A stretch of DNA of 64,000 nt, from positions 20,572,754-20,636,753 of the forward strand of contig OZ316896.1 in assembly GCA_973895155.1 (NCBI GenBank). The letters are read 5' to 3'. Numbering within the stretch: the first letter of the stretch is position 1; each line of letters opens with the position of its first letter. Under the pieces are notes generated by a model. The model did not search any database, was not told the origin of the DNA, and saw only the letters and a list, made by a program, of their open reading frames with translations. A program made the translations under genes and the position numbers. The DNA is from Marsupella aquatica. Lineage: Eukaryota; Plantae; Marchantiophyta. Shown one piece after another: positions 48,280 to 62,900 of the stretch.

Positions 48280-50010
48280 TTACTCAGATCCAGAAGTCCT
48301 CAATTCTTGAAACGAAATATCCCTAGATTTATCTCCTAGCGGGGTTCTAGCTGATCCATTCTCTTGTTCTTGCTCTTTCTCTTCTGCCAAAAATTCAGTC
48401 AATCAGATTTTGATTCGATCTACTGTCTTTTTGTACAATGTATCAGATTTTGTCAACATGAAGTTGTAAGCAAAAACAGTTGTTGAAGATAAATCAAGCT
48501 CTTGGTGAAACCATATTGGTTTCAAAGTTCCTTTCCCACGACCACTTTTCTTCTTTTCGTAGTTGAAGACTTCTGGTAAGTACTTGGCTTTCCAAGGATC
48601 TGACCTGGTTTTTGCAGCATGCCATAAAACATAAATCATTTTTGGAATGTTGAACTCGTCGCGCTGGTCAATTCTTTCCACCTTGGCCACCCAAAATGTT
48701 TCCGATTCTTCTCCAGCAACAGAAATATAAGTGTTGACTTCAAGATCCGAAAAGTCTCCTTCCATATTCTCCTTCTTTGCATCTATCTTTCCTTGATTCC
48801 GATAAGGACCCACGTATATATCTCTGGTAGGTCCGTATACTCTCTCTTCAATTTCCTCTTCATTGACAAGGACTCTGGGAACTTCAGCAGCAACAGCAAT
48901 CTCCCCTTGGGAACGTGGCCATTGAAAAGGGAAAATCAATGGTCTTTGATCAAGGAGCAAAGATTTATTCAATTCCCGTTGCTCTTCAAAAAACATTCTC
49001 CACCAGTTCACTTCCTCTTATGAGAATAAAGTTTCAACTGCAAGTATTCCCTTTTGAATCTCATTTAACGAATCATCCATCTCCTTCAAAGTCATTCTTG
49101 AAGAACTAGACATATTTGGTTGAGTCCTTGTAACGTTCTTATCCCCCTTTTTGAAAAGGGGTAATCCGGGAGCACAACCCATCACCTTTTCTGGCTCCTC
49201 TTCCCTCAAAAATTTCACGCCTCCGTCAGGTTTCCAAGTTGAGTCTGTGGAAAACTTCTTCCCCCATTGGGTTGGAACTTGATCTTCCAACTTGTCAAAT
49301 GCAAATTTGTACTGGTGGTGGAAGGTAACATTTCGAATCCTTTCAATGACTAAAGGTGGATCTGAGAAGGCATATTGACGGAAATCATATGTTTCCTTTA
49401 AAAGAGTGATATTTGGTTGGGTTGATATGATTCACAAATAATATCACATAGGCTTTTGTATGTGAATGCCTTAAACCTTGCTAGTCGTTTAGAAAATCGA
49501 CTGAACATTTGATCTATTTGGTCGTGTGTGTGTCCAACCAACAAGAATCCTAGTTTGATTTTCCGAAAAACCTTTCTTCGAATCAACATATGAAGATAGG
49601 CAAAGAGTAAATTATTTTTATTTTCTCTACTGGTATTATCAAGTTGAAGATAGAGAACAGGCGGCAAGCCACCAGGCTTTTCTTCCCATTCGTGAAACAC
49701 CCTTTGCAGGATTGTGACTGTCAAGTTTCCATCATTATGCAATACAGGATAATTAAGAAACACTCTTGAAAATAGTGCACCATTGAAAACCAGGCATCCG
49801 ACAACGTGCATTTGGATCAAACATGTTTCGTCCACCGATTTTGGGGGCCGCGGCCAATGAGGCAACCTTGTCTTCTTCTGATCCATCCCATCAATGACAA
49901 CTCCCAAATATTTATCAGGATTTGAAAAACATTTCTTACGATGCTTCGCGAGTTTCTCACATTCTTTGGATTGTTGGTCTCTATGTTTTTGTAACATAAT
50001 TCCCCTCGCC
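48280..50010 (-). mobile_element. Disrupted DDD-type transposase-like gene (DUF7869/Sola-like motif set)
   Basis: Motifs IDGMDQKKT, LYLQLDNTSRENKN, FLLVGHTHDQIDQMFSRF and a C-terminal FWVAKV...IYVLW beta module. A 1-nt frameshift at about 49418 and in-frame stops at 49018 and 48403. Splice acceptor at 50011-50012; upstream exons unresolved. Confidence 0.7.
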
Positions 50011-51500
50011 CTGGAAAAACAACACAAGGAAGTTTTGGTGCTCACCTAGGTAGGCAAACACTAAGTAACCAGGGAAAATACAAGATAGAAGATAATTTTG
50101 CCGAGTTTCATGTTGGTGTAACCTGGTACCTACCTGAAGGTAGGGATATGCAAACAACCAAAATGGGACTATTGTGGCGATTCCTAAAATACCGATGTAT
50201 ACAAAGTGGATAGCTGGTAGTTCATAGATTCACCACCATAGCATGGATGTCCAGAAATTCACAAATGTGCAAGAATTGGGTTAATGTAGGACAATGGAAA
50301 ACTCCAATGATAAGTTTGGAGTTAAATTTTCAAATAATTTAAGCCAATTTCTTATCGGTAACCTAACCTAACACAAGGACACTACACCTTATGAACTTCT
50401 TCGTTCCACTGCTGATGTTCATAGACCAGCTCCTGTTCAGTAGGTGGTCGAGTGCTTCTTTTGCTTGGGATTTGCTTCGACATTTTGCTGGCATCAGAGT
50501 GCTGGTTACATTCTAGATTGCACTATGCTTCAATCACCGTTGATGCTGGTGCTACGTGGTCTACTCGCTTGCTCAGCATAATCATTTTCTTGTTCACGTT
50601 TTTGGACCTTATCCTCCATAGCCCGCAGGCTCCATGCGCTCCGTCCTTTGCTCTCATGCGCACCGTCGCTACTCTCGATGTCAGAGCCAATGTCTGCTCG
50701 ACACATCAAGAAATGAAGAAAACTAACTGTCTTGGCGACCATGATCGTGACCATAACGACAAGCTTGCGGTTACCTCGATCCCTGCCTGAGGATCCGATC
50801 CAATGTCTGCTCGACACGCCAAAGAGATGACGGAACACAAACTGATCGACTAGCCAAGAGCTCATCAGGACCCGACTCGAGACTTCCATTTGCGCCACTC
50901 TCTGTTTGAATTCAAACTTTGAATTCGCCGTCCTCTCTATTTAAGACGATCGATACTCTCCTGTGGATTCATTCTGCTCTCTCTCGCATTGGAATTGCAT
51001 TTCAGGATTCTCGAGCTCCTTGCAATTTTACAGTTCACCTATCTTCTTAGCGTTCAGCTCGATCAAGACTCAATCGTTGAGAGCCTGTATCTCGTCGTTG
51101 ATGTTCGTGGCGAATTGAGCTCAATTCGTTGTGGGTGTCAGTTCTTCGTAGATATTTTGGGCGAATTGCGAGGAGATTCAGAGGAGGAATTGTTACTTGC
51201 TCCGAGGAGATGGCACCCAAGGATGTAGCAGTTGCAGCGACTGAAGGCGCTACGGGAGCGAAGAAGGGTCGAGGCATGCCGAAGGCTGTGAAGAGGCATC
51301 CCGCATTGAAGGAGGTCGGTGGAGCAGATGTAGTGGGATCGAAGAAGAAGCACAGAGTTTGTTTAGTGAATATAATAATTATGCAACAAAGGATTAATAC
51401 AGCTCTTACTATGAACTACGTGAGTCCAACTAACATAATAAATTACCTGATCATAACCTGCCTTTGGCTAAGCACTAGAATAATCAGATTGCCAATCATG

Positions 51501-54500
51501 TCAAAGTGTCCATTGCAAAGGAATTCCTCTACTCATTTTTAGGACTTCCATTCCTGTCTCTAGTCTTCCTATGTCGAGAAAGGGAATCACAATGTTTTTG
51601 CTTACGGTAGCTTCCCAAATTTCACACCCTTCTCTCACCCGCTTATTTAGCCAACTCACATGGACATTGATGGAATTCTGTGTTCCTTCATCCAGAGTTG
51701 CGTCAACAAAGCTTTCTTCCTCAGGTTCATCTTGGAGTGTATTTTCCATAGAGTCAACATCCATAGCTTCGGCAAGAGATGAACCTCCTTCAGTCCGGCC
51801 CTGTGCTAGATCTTCAACACTCCTTACAACCGCCAGTCTCAGCCTTCCATGTACACGAACCTCCACCACATCATGTATTTTGGGGTAAGTAGGGCATGTA
51901 TGAAGGCCATATGTTTCTATATGTTGACGCTGACTTCTGTCTTGAAGTTCCAGGCATACAATCTCAGAGGAACCTCTTCCTGCTTGTCGACTAATGGGCA
52001 TAAATTTATGCAATAAACGAGAAACTGGTCGAAAACTGGTATCACCATAGTGTTCGGCTGTGGCTCCAAGCAATGGCAAACCTGAGAGCTTGTCAGTTAT
52101 CATCTGATTATCAAGTGATCTTTGTATACTGAACCACTTGGCCTCAAAAAATAACTCCTGGTGTCCCAGAAATTCATGGACAAATAAGTCTAATATGACT
52201 GCTCTCCAATTCCAACTGTATTCTGGACTGTCCTCGTCATCTGTCAATACTACCACATGGTCACCAATCCTGAAAAGAGTGTTCCTCACCACTACAGATT
52301 TCAAAGGGATAACTTTAAAATCCATGACAGTCCTAAACAAGGACGTTGCCAGCCCCTGAAGAGCCCAATGCCATTTGACAAAATTGCTGCCATCCTCAGA
52401 AAGTAGACGCTTCTTCGCCTTTGTTCTACCTACTCCTATTCCTCTAGAGAGAATGGAAATTGCACAATGAGAATCGATAGCAAATCTACTCATATTTTTA
52501 ACTAGTGAAAGAGCCTGCTCTTGTGATGAGACTACAACAATACAATTCTCATGCCATTTAGGGCAGGTAAAGTCACGTTTGTCCCTTGCTGCATGCTCAA
52601 TTGCTCTGGCTCCTGTTGGCCTCAAACGGTTGTGTGCTTCCAACAGTGTACGATGCTGTGGCAGAAATCCATCATCATCATTCCAAATCATCATGCATGT
52701 TTTAGTAAAAAACTGCCTGACGTGATGGGAGGTGAAAGTTAGCTCCATTTCCTTGTTGTTGGTGGCAGTCCGTCCATAACCAGAGACCATACGTTCGAAC
52801 CTGTAGCACCAATACACCCAGTGTGGACCATGTTGTTCGATGTCATCCAACAACTCACCGCTACCTACAAGACAAATTACATCTCATTTGTAAGATGAGT
52901 GATCGAGGCTAACCAGTCTGCAGTTGCCTTGAAAAAATAGCATAAAAAATTACATCCTAAAATATTTCTGTAACAAACCTGCAACGTGTTCGAGTATAGA
53001 GGCATTAACTCCAAAATGCTCCTCACTCCTCACCCGCCATGAAGCCAACAGACTTCTTGCCTTCTCCAAAGTTGACTTCCTCCACCCCTCCTCCCTACTT
53101 TGAATGTAAAAGAGTCTTCCGATCTCAAATAACAGCATGCCAATTGAACCTAGAGGATTTTCAACTCCTAATCTCAAGCTATATAGTATGTGCGGTAGAC
53201 AAAATATAACAAATCGAGTATATTCTTCAGCTTTGAAGTAACCTAGTCTGTCCCCAGGATCTTTCGGCCATCTCCCATCCAGACCTTTAGGTTTTCTGGC
53301 AGTCACTTCTGCTAAGGCCTCCTCTAAAACTTTGGTTTGGGAAGGTGTCAAACTTTTCATCAATTTTGTTACATAGCTCTTGAATAAGTTGAGCGCAAGT
53401 ATATGCATGACATCATATACTAAATCAGATATCAAACAGAAACCAAAGGTATCGCTTAACCTCCAAGCCTTGCCAACTGGTTAATTCCATGCTCTTGGGA
53501 TATGCTTACCCTTGAAACTTCTGTTGTACAAAGAGAGTACCTCTGGGCAGCATCTCTAATGACCGCCAAATCTCGTTTGGCAGGAGGGTACCGCTGCAAA
53601 TAACGATTGTTACCATACACAGTAACTCCTTTGGGCCCTCTTCCTGAAGTGTTTGATTGTTTTTTCCACGTGCCTTTCACTAGACACCTCCTGCACGGTG
53701 CCTTCCCCCTCTGGCACCACCCTCCAAATTTGCATTGGGCCGGGTGGTCTCCTGTAAATAACATTAGTCTCACCCTACAAGTACAATCTTTTGAGGTGAT
53801 AAGGTCATGTATTAGCTCTGGCGCATATGAAAAATGAAGAGGGAATCCGGCAACTGCCAACATTTGCACGTCTTGGAAAAATGGCTCCATGAAAGCTTCC
53901 AAGAAGTGCAATTTAAGCTTGGTGAGTTTTTCAGTAGCACTGTTTGGTATAAACAGAATGGGAATAGGTTGTATGTCAGAATGGCTGCCCACATTCAGTA
54001 TACTTATCTCCACTGTCCATGTGCTTCTCATAACTGAAGATGCTGATTGGAAACCATCCCAGTGAGCCATTAGTGCAATATTGCGAGGGTCCCCCTGGGT
54101 ACAATAAGAAAAACAATTTAATTAGCATGAATGATCGAAGTCAGAAGGAATCCAAGAGAAAAGAATGATTCTCAGATTAGCAAACCATCACAACGACAAC
54201 GACAACGACATTCAGAGGCCCATTCAGAGGGAAGAAAAACAGTTATTCAGATTAACATGCATGTACTGACAGCGCCGCATTCAGAAACGATCAAAGAGAG
54301 AGAAACAGGTTTTAATATTCTAAGCATAAGAGCATGTAATATATTGCAGCTGGCTGCATTCAGATCGAAGAAAGCAAAGAGTGCAATCTAATTAAACAGG
54401 TTTTCAAATAAAATTTATTAGAAGTATCATGGAGATTTTCAGAGGGAAGTAATTGAGAGCAGACAAATTCATGGAACATCAACGTACATCATTTGGCTAG

Positions 54501-55871
54501 TACCTGAACATATACTGGCCTTATTTGGAGCCGATTTCCGCAAGTGCACACAATGTCATACATGTGGATGTCTCCCACCAGCTTCAATCCTTGGTTCAAA
54601 AGGTCGCATTTCTCTGGGTAGGTAGCATAGCCTTTCCAACAAGTCTGGCATACCACAGGTAACTCATAGGTGCAACACGGGTCCCAGAAATAGGAGTTTT
54701 GTTTGGCTTTCGAGCCATCCCACCATTCGCTAATTACATCGTCTTTGAGACTCCCAAGCTGGAGCCAACGAGCTCTCTCCCTCCACATGGTTAGTATTTC
54801 ATGGCAATAGCTTCGTGATCGACACAAATGAGATATCAATGGCGCAATAGGCAGGTAATCAAACCTTAACATATCTTTGCGCTTGATTCTACACCCGAAG
54901 ACATCACATCGCTCGCTGCAGGTTTCACAATCTCTGCACAAAATATTCTTGCATAGAGAGCACTTACAACTCTTGCTCGTTGTTTTTGCTTGGTCATCCT
55001 GGATGCTTGGTCCAAAGGCCTTAGGTTCGTGAAAGTTGTCGTCAGCCCCCAAACACAGACGCCATTGATGTGGTTGAGGTGCGCCCATCACTTTGTAAGC
55101 AGCCGCCAAGCCATTGAAAGTCCCCAAGGAAGGTATTCCTAGTGGACCACCATCCCATTGAGTACCAGCATACCTCAGCAGTGAGCCAAGGGGTACATTC
55201 CTGTAGTCAATGACTGGACTTGCATCGATTGGTTTGAACAAAGCTCTCAAAATCTTGTCCTGCAAGTCCATAGAAACTTTAGCAGAATCCAACATGGACT
55301 GGAGTCTCCATGTCTCTCTATAAATAGCCTCGCTCAAAGTCAAAGGAATTTCGTTGAGTACAGCGGTTGAGTAGTCGTTGCATCCAACATTATCAGACAA
55401 TGGCATAAGAGTTTCTGCACCATCCACCCCATCCTCTGTTGCACACCCAACATCAAAAGCACAATAGCTTGCTGGGATTGCATCAGGGTCACTTGCATAC
55501 GTAGACCGAGGGCCATTGACAAAACCAAGCAACGGTCTGAGGAGTAGCGTGCTTTGTATTCTCCATTTGGAAGTCCTTGACAGCTTTGCAAAATCAGATG
55601 GAAGATCTGATTGTTGACGTGAACAATCTCCAATCACATCAGAGGACTGCCCTTGCACTATTCTATCTCTTGGTCTTTGGGTCGACACTGCTGCCTGGTG
55701 CAAAGGAGGGTGGACCGGAACATGCCGCGCATCTATGAGAATGCCTTGTTTATCCTTGAGTCTATGATGACCTCTAGTTCTTTTGCTCACCAAATCAAAG
55801 CCGTCAGACATTCGTGAACATCTATACTTGCAATCACATCTGACTTTCAAACTCAAATCAAAATCCTCCAT
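51501..55871 (-). mobile_element. CACTA/EnSpm-like (Tnp2/Transposase_21-type) transposase gene with a BAH-like C-terminus and one frameshift
   Basis: Exons 55871-54504, 54094-52979, 52864-51501 (GT-AG). Motifs GDPRNIALMAHWDGF, TGDHPA, PCRRC, YDVMH, FKAEEY, HGPHWVYWCYRFER. N-terminal CxC..C..HH. Single frameshift at about 53475. Tail FRIGDHVVV...WRAVILDLF...FFEAKWF. Element ends not found. Confidence 0.82.
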
Positions 55872-56237
55872 GTTGCGCAAGAGTCGTAGACAAATTTTCG
55901 CGACAAAAAAAGAGTAATGGACAAGTCTGGGCTGCCCACTACGTACGTACTAAGTTGTCAAGGTCTATAGTATACTTCTGATTGAGTCATTCATTAGCTT
56001 CACAGGTCCTGATCCTGTGCGGTCCCCGGCCTACCCTTATCGCAGCCCAGAATTGACTCACAGCCTGGATGTGCTGGGATTTGGTGCTGGGATTTGGTGC
56101 ATTGCATTGAAAGCATATTTGAGCACTTGTGGGGCCAGTTAATTGAAAAACAAGCCTACGGTAGTACTATACGTGAACCCAGCTTTGGTCTTTGGGCACA
56201 TGTGGGGCCAGTTTATCAGTTCTTTGGCGGGCCCCTT

Positions 56238-56340
56238 TTAAAGTAACATGCATGACTCCAGGATTATATAATTAAGTAATTTAATGTTTTTAAAGCAACA
56301 TGCATGACTCCAGGATTATATAATAAAGTAATTTACTGTT
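56238..56340. repeat. ~52-bp tandem duplication
   Basis: taaag(t/c)aacatgcatgactccaggattatata..aagtaattta occurs twice. Confidence 0.85.
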
Positions 56341-59300
56341 TGCAGCGCTGGTTAGAATCTAGGTGCGCTTAGAAAAAGGTTTTCTCCCTAAATTATTAAA
56401 ACATGGGCAGATTCTTGAAATGATTTATCCAAATTTGGAGGAAATAAACAATGAGAAGCTACCGTGTTTTGAATTGTGGAATTGGACTTATACCACACAC
56501 CTTTCTAAATGTATGTTAATTTACATACATTCCACCGTTGAATGGAGTTCCCATGGAATAGGCAATTCCTACAATTTGTTGTATGTAACTGTTTCACTTT
56601 AATTTGTACATGTATCTCATAAGATGGAATCTTCATTCTAAAGAAGTTTTATTAATCTGCTGCGTTGCCGGTTGCCACGGCTCTCACTTGTGCAACGCAG
56701 AAAATTTTAATTTTTAATGCCAATTAAACTCATTAATAAACAGTCCCGCCCAAAGGCACAAATTTCCTGGTCATGAAGTGACAAAAGAACGCGGGATCAC
56801 TTTATGGTCGGCCGATATTTTCCATTTTTCTCTTGTCAGCGGGGTAGGGGCTGGGCATGTGAACAGACGATCAGGGATTGAGGGTGCCTGCAAGTTGGAC
56901 AAGTTAAGCGCTGAGCCGCTGACTCAATCATCCCACATTCATCAATTCGCTCTTACTCGGTCTCTTACTTTTGAAATATATATTTTAAAAATTGAGTTCA
57001 ACCAGTACACAATAAAACATCCTCCTTTGATAAATAACTGGCTCTTGTTAGTTGATAGGAGGAGGTTTCCACACTCAGGGGTACACTGGACTAAGCAGCC
57101 CTACATTGTAACTATCAACTATAGACCTCTATATTCATGGCTTGAGCCAACGACAAGTTATGGCCCATGGCCCAGGGACGTTGCCCTATTTACCAGGAAA
57201 AGTAAACCATGCTTGTATGATTTCGATCAGACGGCGAACGTGGATCAGCAAGGTGCTATGCTTTTCTCTCAGACAAGATTGATTCCTGTAGTGCTCATTT
57301 TCATCTTCAACACATTGCTCGCACTTTTCATAGTTTCTTGTTGATACTTTGATATATAGCTTATATTTTTAGACAAACATAACGTTCCGGTTCTATCGTA
57401 CTGTACTGTTTATTTTTCAAGGGTCAACAAAAAAGAAAAAATTGTTTTTTCTTGGTTCACCCTGCGTTGCATGAGGTAACTGTATTGTACGTCAGTAGTT
57501 ACTTTTAAAGCTACTACAAACATATTGTCTAGCTAGGCAAACGATGAGTAGCTTCTCTAGCCTCATTATCTTCCTTTGACAGATTCCTTTGTGGGGCCTG
57601 ATACGTGGTCAGCTGATGTGGCCAGGGTTCACTTGTGACCAACTAGCTGGTCTCAATCTAGCTCAATCCCTGCAGCCAGCCTCTCGTACAATGAGTTCTG
57701 CCTCGGGTCCTGCCTAGGCTGGTTCTAGCTAGTGTTAAATGTTTGGTGTTAGATGATCGATGGTGTTAGATGATCGATCACCGTCACTACAGCAGAATCT
57801 AGTTTACTAAATGATATTATTCTTTGTGCAAATGGGCAACGTGTACTACTCTGGTGGACCACATCAAATGGTTTCTCTTCTTGGAGCGATTCGGAGAATG
57901 GAAATGGAACATCTCCCCCAAGTAATTTATTGTTTACTACGTATACCTGTTCTCTCACGCAGTGGGCCCTCAACTTTTTAACATGCATGTAACAAGTATT
58001 TTATCTAAAGCCAGGCGGGAAGCCACGGTTACAAGGTGGGAAATATATAAGACTTACTCCATATATATTTGATATATATTTGATACAAGTGACCTACATG
58101 GTTTTGAGGTAACGATGGATAGGAATCTTGAGCCTGCTCTGAAATGGTTAGAAGCAAATAATGCTCAGGTACTGAAATTTACTGAAGTTAATTTGATAGA
58201 TAAAACAGTCAAATGAATTAATCCAGTTTGGCATATATAGTGGGCTCTCCCTAAGTGCAAAATTCATACATGCATAACCTGAATAACTGCAAGCTTCCTC
58301 TTCTTGGCAGATGCTAGGCACACTAACTCTTCATTTTCTTGCATCTTTTTGTCCGGGCCTTTCGTAAGTGCAAACATAGCTAAAACGTTTTGCTAAATGA
58401 CACTTTATAGAGTGAAACGTTTTGCTAAAGGGCAACTTTATAAGTGCACAACCTGGATAAGTATTTACTAAAGTTGTATATAGCTAACTGTCTTGATCAA
58501 GTGCATTCCTTCGAGTGGAGAGGTACAAAAGTTAATTAGTAGACTAAAATGAAACTTACCTAACATGGTCGATTGGGTATAAGGCCATTATAAGGAATTA
58601 AAACCTTGTCTAAGTATAAAAAGGGGAGTTGCATACTCAGGACTGGGAGAATGCTTAAATACAAACTGGTTTAAATAGTCAAAATTAAAGTCTCAGGTCA
58701 CCTGAGCCCAAATAATGATACATGCATGCCTTGAAAAACACTTTGCAACCCAAGTCCTTTCCCTGGTCCTTGCACAACATCTCGAATATTTCCCCTAATA
58801 TTCTAACATACCTTTAGGATGATTTAATTCCAAAGGTTAAGTCACACAGCCTAGCATCACCTCCCAAATGCTACAAGCTAGCATGCCTCAACTCATGAGA
58901 CCTAGTCAGAGCCTTGCATGCACAATATGAGTCTGAAATGTTTTGAACATACCTTGAGGGTAATCTGGTTTAATTCAAATGTATTATGCACAAAATGTAG
59001 AGTCACCTCCCAAATGCAACAAGTATGCCTAACTTGGACAATGTCTTGAGACCCATTTTAAGCCTTGGATAACCTAGAGCATAATCAAATATTTGTGATA
59101 TGCTTTCAGTATGCTGATTGACTTCAAAAGGTCCAAACAGAAAGTTTAGTGTTAATTAGCTTGCAAGACAAAGCAGCTGCAAGCATGCCTTGAACACAGT
59201 TTGAAATGGAAATTGTGCACAACTTACCTTGGGATCATTGCTACTAACATGCCTTGAGGGTGGGTCTACAATTAAAGCGTAGGCCATGGACGGCAACCGT

Positions 59301-59540
59301 GACACCAAATGGGATATTTGTAACACCTTGATTGTACAATTTATAGTTTGGCATGTCTTAAAGCTTCCAGACACATTGAATTGAAGGTACTATTGTGCAT
59401 TTTGCATGAGTACTGAAACAAACAAAAGTATTAAGTATTAAGCAATTGAATAATTATATTATGCAATGAGCGCCTTGCCTGGCCTCCTCGCGATTTGTTC
59501 CAAGTGTCCTCACCAGGACACCTGCCATGGGGGGCAGCGA

Positions 59541-59901
59541 TGTTCAGCATAGACGACAATCGCAACGACAAGCCCATGAACCATGCAACGCACAAGAATC
59601 GACACAGAGAGATATGTGGTTCACCTCCACATGAGGCTACGTCCATGGGAACACACAAGAGCTTTACTGCACTCTAGGCCAACCAGCCATCGAGCCGGCC
59701 ATACCAAGCATCCACAGCGCAAGCTCTCCCTATCTCTCAACTAGCTCCGTAACAATGAGCCTGAGTTCCCTGGGGGCTGGCACCAGCCCTGGCTATATAC
59801 ACAGCATCACTATTACCGCTAACCTTAGCTAAGTCCTAACCTGAGTTAGCCTAACTGTGGTTAGCTCAAGAGTCACAAGACTAATCGAGCAATACCTAAC
59901 A
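59541..59901 (-). mobile_element. Solo LTR, 361 bp, copia-like, same family as 28835-29126
   Basis: TGTT...AACA ends and 5-bp TSD AGCGA (59536-59540, 59902-59906). The reverse complement aligns with 28835-29126 (ttagtcttgtgactct.gagctaaccacagttaggctaactca). Confidence 0.88.
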
Positions 59902-62900
59902 AGCGAGTGGGAGGCAGGGTGGGGGGAGGGTGGAGGGGGGAGTGAAGGAGGGACGGCAAACGAGAAAAAGATAAGACAGAAAATAGTGAAAAAGGGGGAA
60001 TAAGGGGGGTTTACTCAGGGGTTTAGTGTTTCAAAGCAGAAAAAAGGGAAAGGAAAAAAGCAAGGAATAAAACCATTAGACTCACTTTGCCACACTTTGG
60101 TGGTGGTCATAGCCTATCTTTGACAAAATGACATTTTTTACTCAACAACATCGTTCTTCAATAAGATATTTTGGGCAAACGAATTCTTTTAACATGTACG
60201 TTGATGGACCAGACATGTTTTGAAGTGTGACCAGGCTTCTTGTTTGGGCTGGCTGCCACAATTTTTTTCTAAATGTAAAACGCAGCATGATACACAAGGT
60301 TTTCTATATATCAAACCCAGTTTCAAAACACAAAAACTTTAACCAGTGAACCTTATAAGTGAGGACAAATAACATTTGCATCAATTGTACTTGGTGAACT
60401 TAATTTGACCACTTGAATCGCGACCATAGTTTGAAGTAAACCGGGATGAATCTAAAAAGTATAAACAATGGACCAACAAAAACTGTCTTTGAACAAAATT
60501 TGTTTTGTGTTCTCTAACCCATGTTGTTTTTTCCTCAATGTGAAAGGCAATAGTCCATACAAACCTGTATTTGACAAATTTGACACAAAATGACATCCTT
60601 TACACGTACAACAATAACTTTGGTACAAATGAATGTCATCTTTTACACATGGTTATCTTTTGCATACCATCATCAATTTCATAAACTACATTTTTATAAT
60701 ATCATTATGCAATTGATGTTGTTAAATAAATGACATCATATACTTAACAACATCAATTGCATAATGATATTTTGTGGAACAAAATCTCTTACTCAAGGAC
60801 ATGTTGTGCATAACATCCTTTAATGTATATTCTTAATGGTATATTTCATGCAACTTAATCTATTGAGCAACAACTTTTGACTTCTATATGCAGCTCACTG
60901 GATTCAACTCGTAGTACATTTTACACACAATCATGACCAAATGTTGCAAGACTACTAGACTGCCTTCTTTGGATATTTGTAGGTCCCTCAATTCTAAATG
61001 AAATGTGACGCTATGTCATGGCTCACTTGAAATAGTAGCCAATCTGTTTCTAATGCACCCACAAACATCAGATTCCATTGGATATCAAGGGAGATATATG
61101 CCTAGTGTCAAAGTTGGTTGAGTTTATTTGAATTTTGATTTGTTGCGGGAGAAAGCAATGAATTTGACTTGTTTCATGTCTTTGCTTTGGTCTAGAGATT
61201 GTATCCATCCACATCAACACAAAATCTATGACCAAATGAGAGTCATATCTTGATGAGATTGGCAATGGTTTTTATTTTTATTTTTGAAATACTAAATATC
61301 TATTTTTTCAAAATAAATGAAGCCATCCAATCGTTGATCTGCTTACAACATAATCTTGACCATCCAGTGCTTATTGTATAAAATAAAAATCACTATTCAT
61401 CCACTCATGGAGGTATATAAGGTATCAAAAAATCTTGATGAAATATTCTACTAGGGTCACTAGTCTGGGGTTTTGTAATTTTGACAACCAAGCAATATAT
61501 AAAATATTACATATGAACTCCAAATTACTCAGACAATATATCCCTTCATCATATTTTTGGTCTACATCCTCAAATATCCTGAATATGCAATGGTGCAAGG
61601 TGTGAACAAACATTTTAATTAAGGCCATTCTGAAAATGATAAATTGTACACACCATATCCAGAGATTCTGCAAGGCTCTCCAAGGCTTAATTTGGGTCCC
61701 AAAATGCTTACAGTTACGATGCGGTGGTATCATTTGGGAAGCAATTATAGGCCTTGCGAGTGAACCCTTTGAGTCAAATCATCCTAGCCCTCGCCTTATG
61801 TAGGAAATATTCCAGAGGTTGTACAAGGCTTTGGGTCTAAAAAATGTTTACAATGAAGGCATTCTTTTATCATTTTGACCATCTTTTGGGAAGCGATGCG
61901 AGGCCTTGTGACTGAACCCTTTGTATTAAATTATCCTCACCTTATGTTGAAAATATTCCAGAGATTGTGCCAAGCTTCGGGTTTTATCATTTGTTTTTCA
62001 AGGCATGGTTGTATCATTCGGGAAGGGCAAGAATAAACAAGGGATTCTCAAGACATGCTCACATCATGTGCTGGTCGACACTCTTTTGTACCAAGCAGGA
62101 GCGTCAAGGCCAGGCACTGGCTACAGGAGGGGATGACCAAGTGCGAGAGCAATCCTCCGAAATACTTCAAGACAGTTCACCTAAACAGTCAGGTCGATGA
62201 TTAGTCTGATTTTGCAAAGCTGATGCTGACTTGGTTCCCTTGTTAAGCAATAAATACTGGCTGCATTTTAGCAGGACTTTACTCACACCCGATGGATATC
62301 CTGAGTCATTCCCAGTCAGCCAATTAGTCTTTTCTTTCAGTTTTGTTTGGTGTGGAGGGACAGAGAACGCTCCTTATATAGTTCCTGCTGGCAAAGTTTT
62401 CATGTGTTGCTCTAGATGGAAGGACGGCCCTGATGGATAGAGTCGCCTCCAACCGGGCCTCCAACCTTCCTGCCTGACTGTCCGCCCTGTTGGGTGCCTA
62501 GTACGTACCCTTATCCTTACATTTAGTTGGTGGTTTTAGATTTTCCAGTATGTTTTGGCTTGCATAATAGTGCTGTGTTTTCTTTGAGCACCTCTTTCAT
62601 CAGGCCTATGTGGCCACTTTATCAGTTATTTGGATGATTACAGGTCTCCTGGGCTTAGATTGACATTCTCTTGATTAGTTCTTCTCCGGTTATATAATAT
62701 GGACTTCTCTTCTCCATTAATATAATTAGCTACGTAGTTTACTGTCCTATGCACAACACTTGAGAGAGTCTAAATGTGTTTCCAACACCACTAATTAGAC
62801 TCACATAAGCGACTCATCCTATATTCATCATCTCCCCCAAGCAATTTACTGTTTACTTTCTCAAATTAATTCCTACGCGACCTGTTCTGTCAGGGGGTTA

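Noticed and set aside
45574-55945. CACTA termini (gtagtg near 45575, cacta near 55937)
   Set aside because: The orientation is wrong for enclosing the transposase, with no extended TIR or 3-bp TSD.
56778-57344. 188-aa plus-strand ORF
   Set aside because: GTG start, no recognisable domain, and composition unlike the real exons here.
62405-62758. Solo LTR (tgttg...caaca)
   Set aside because: Flanks (tcatg / cttga) do not form a 5-bp TSD.
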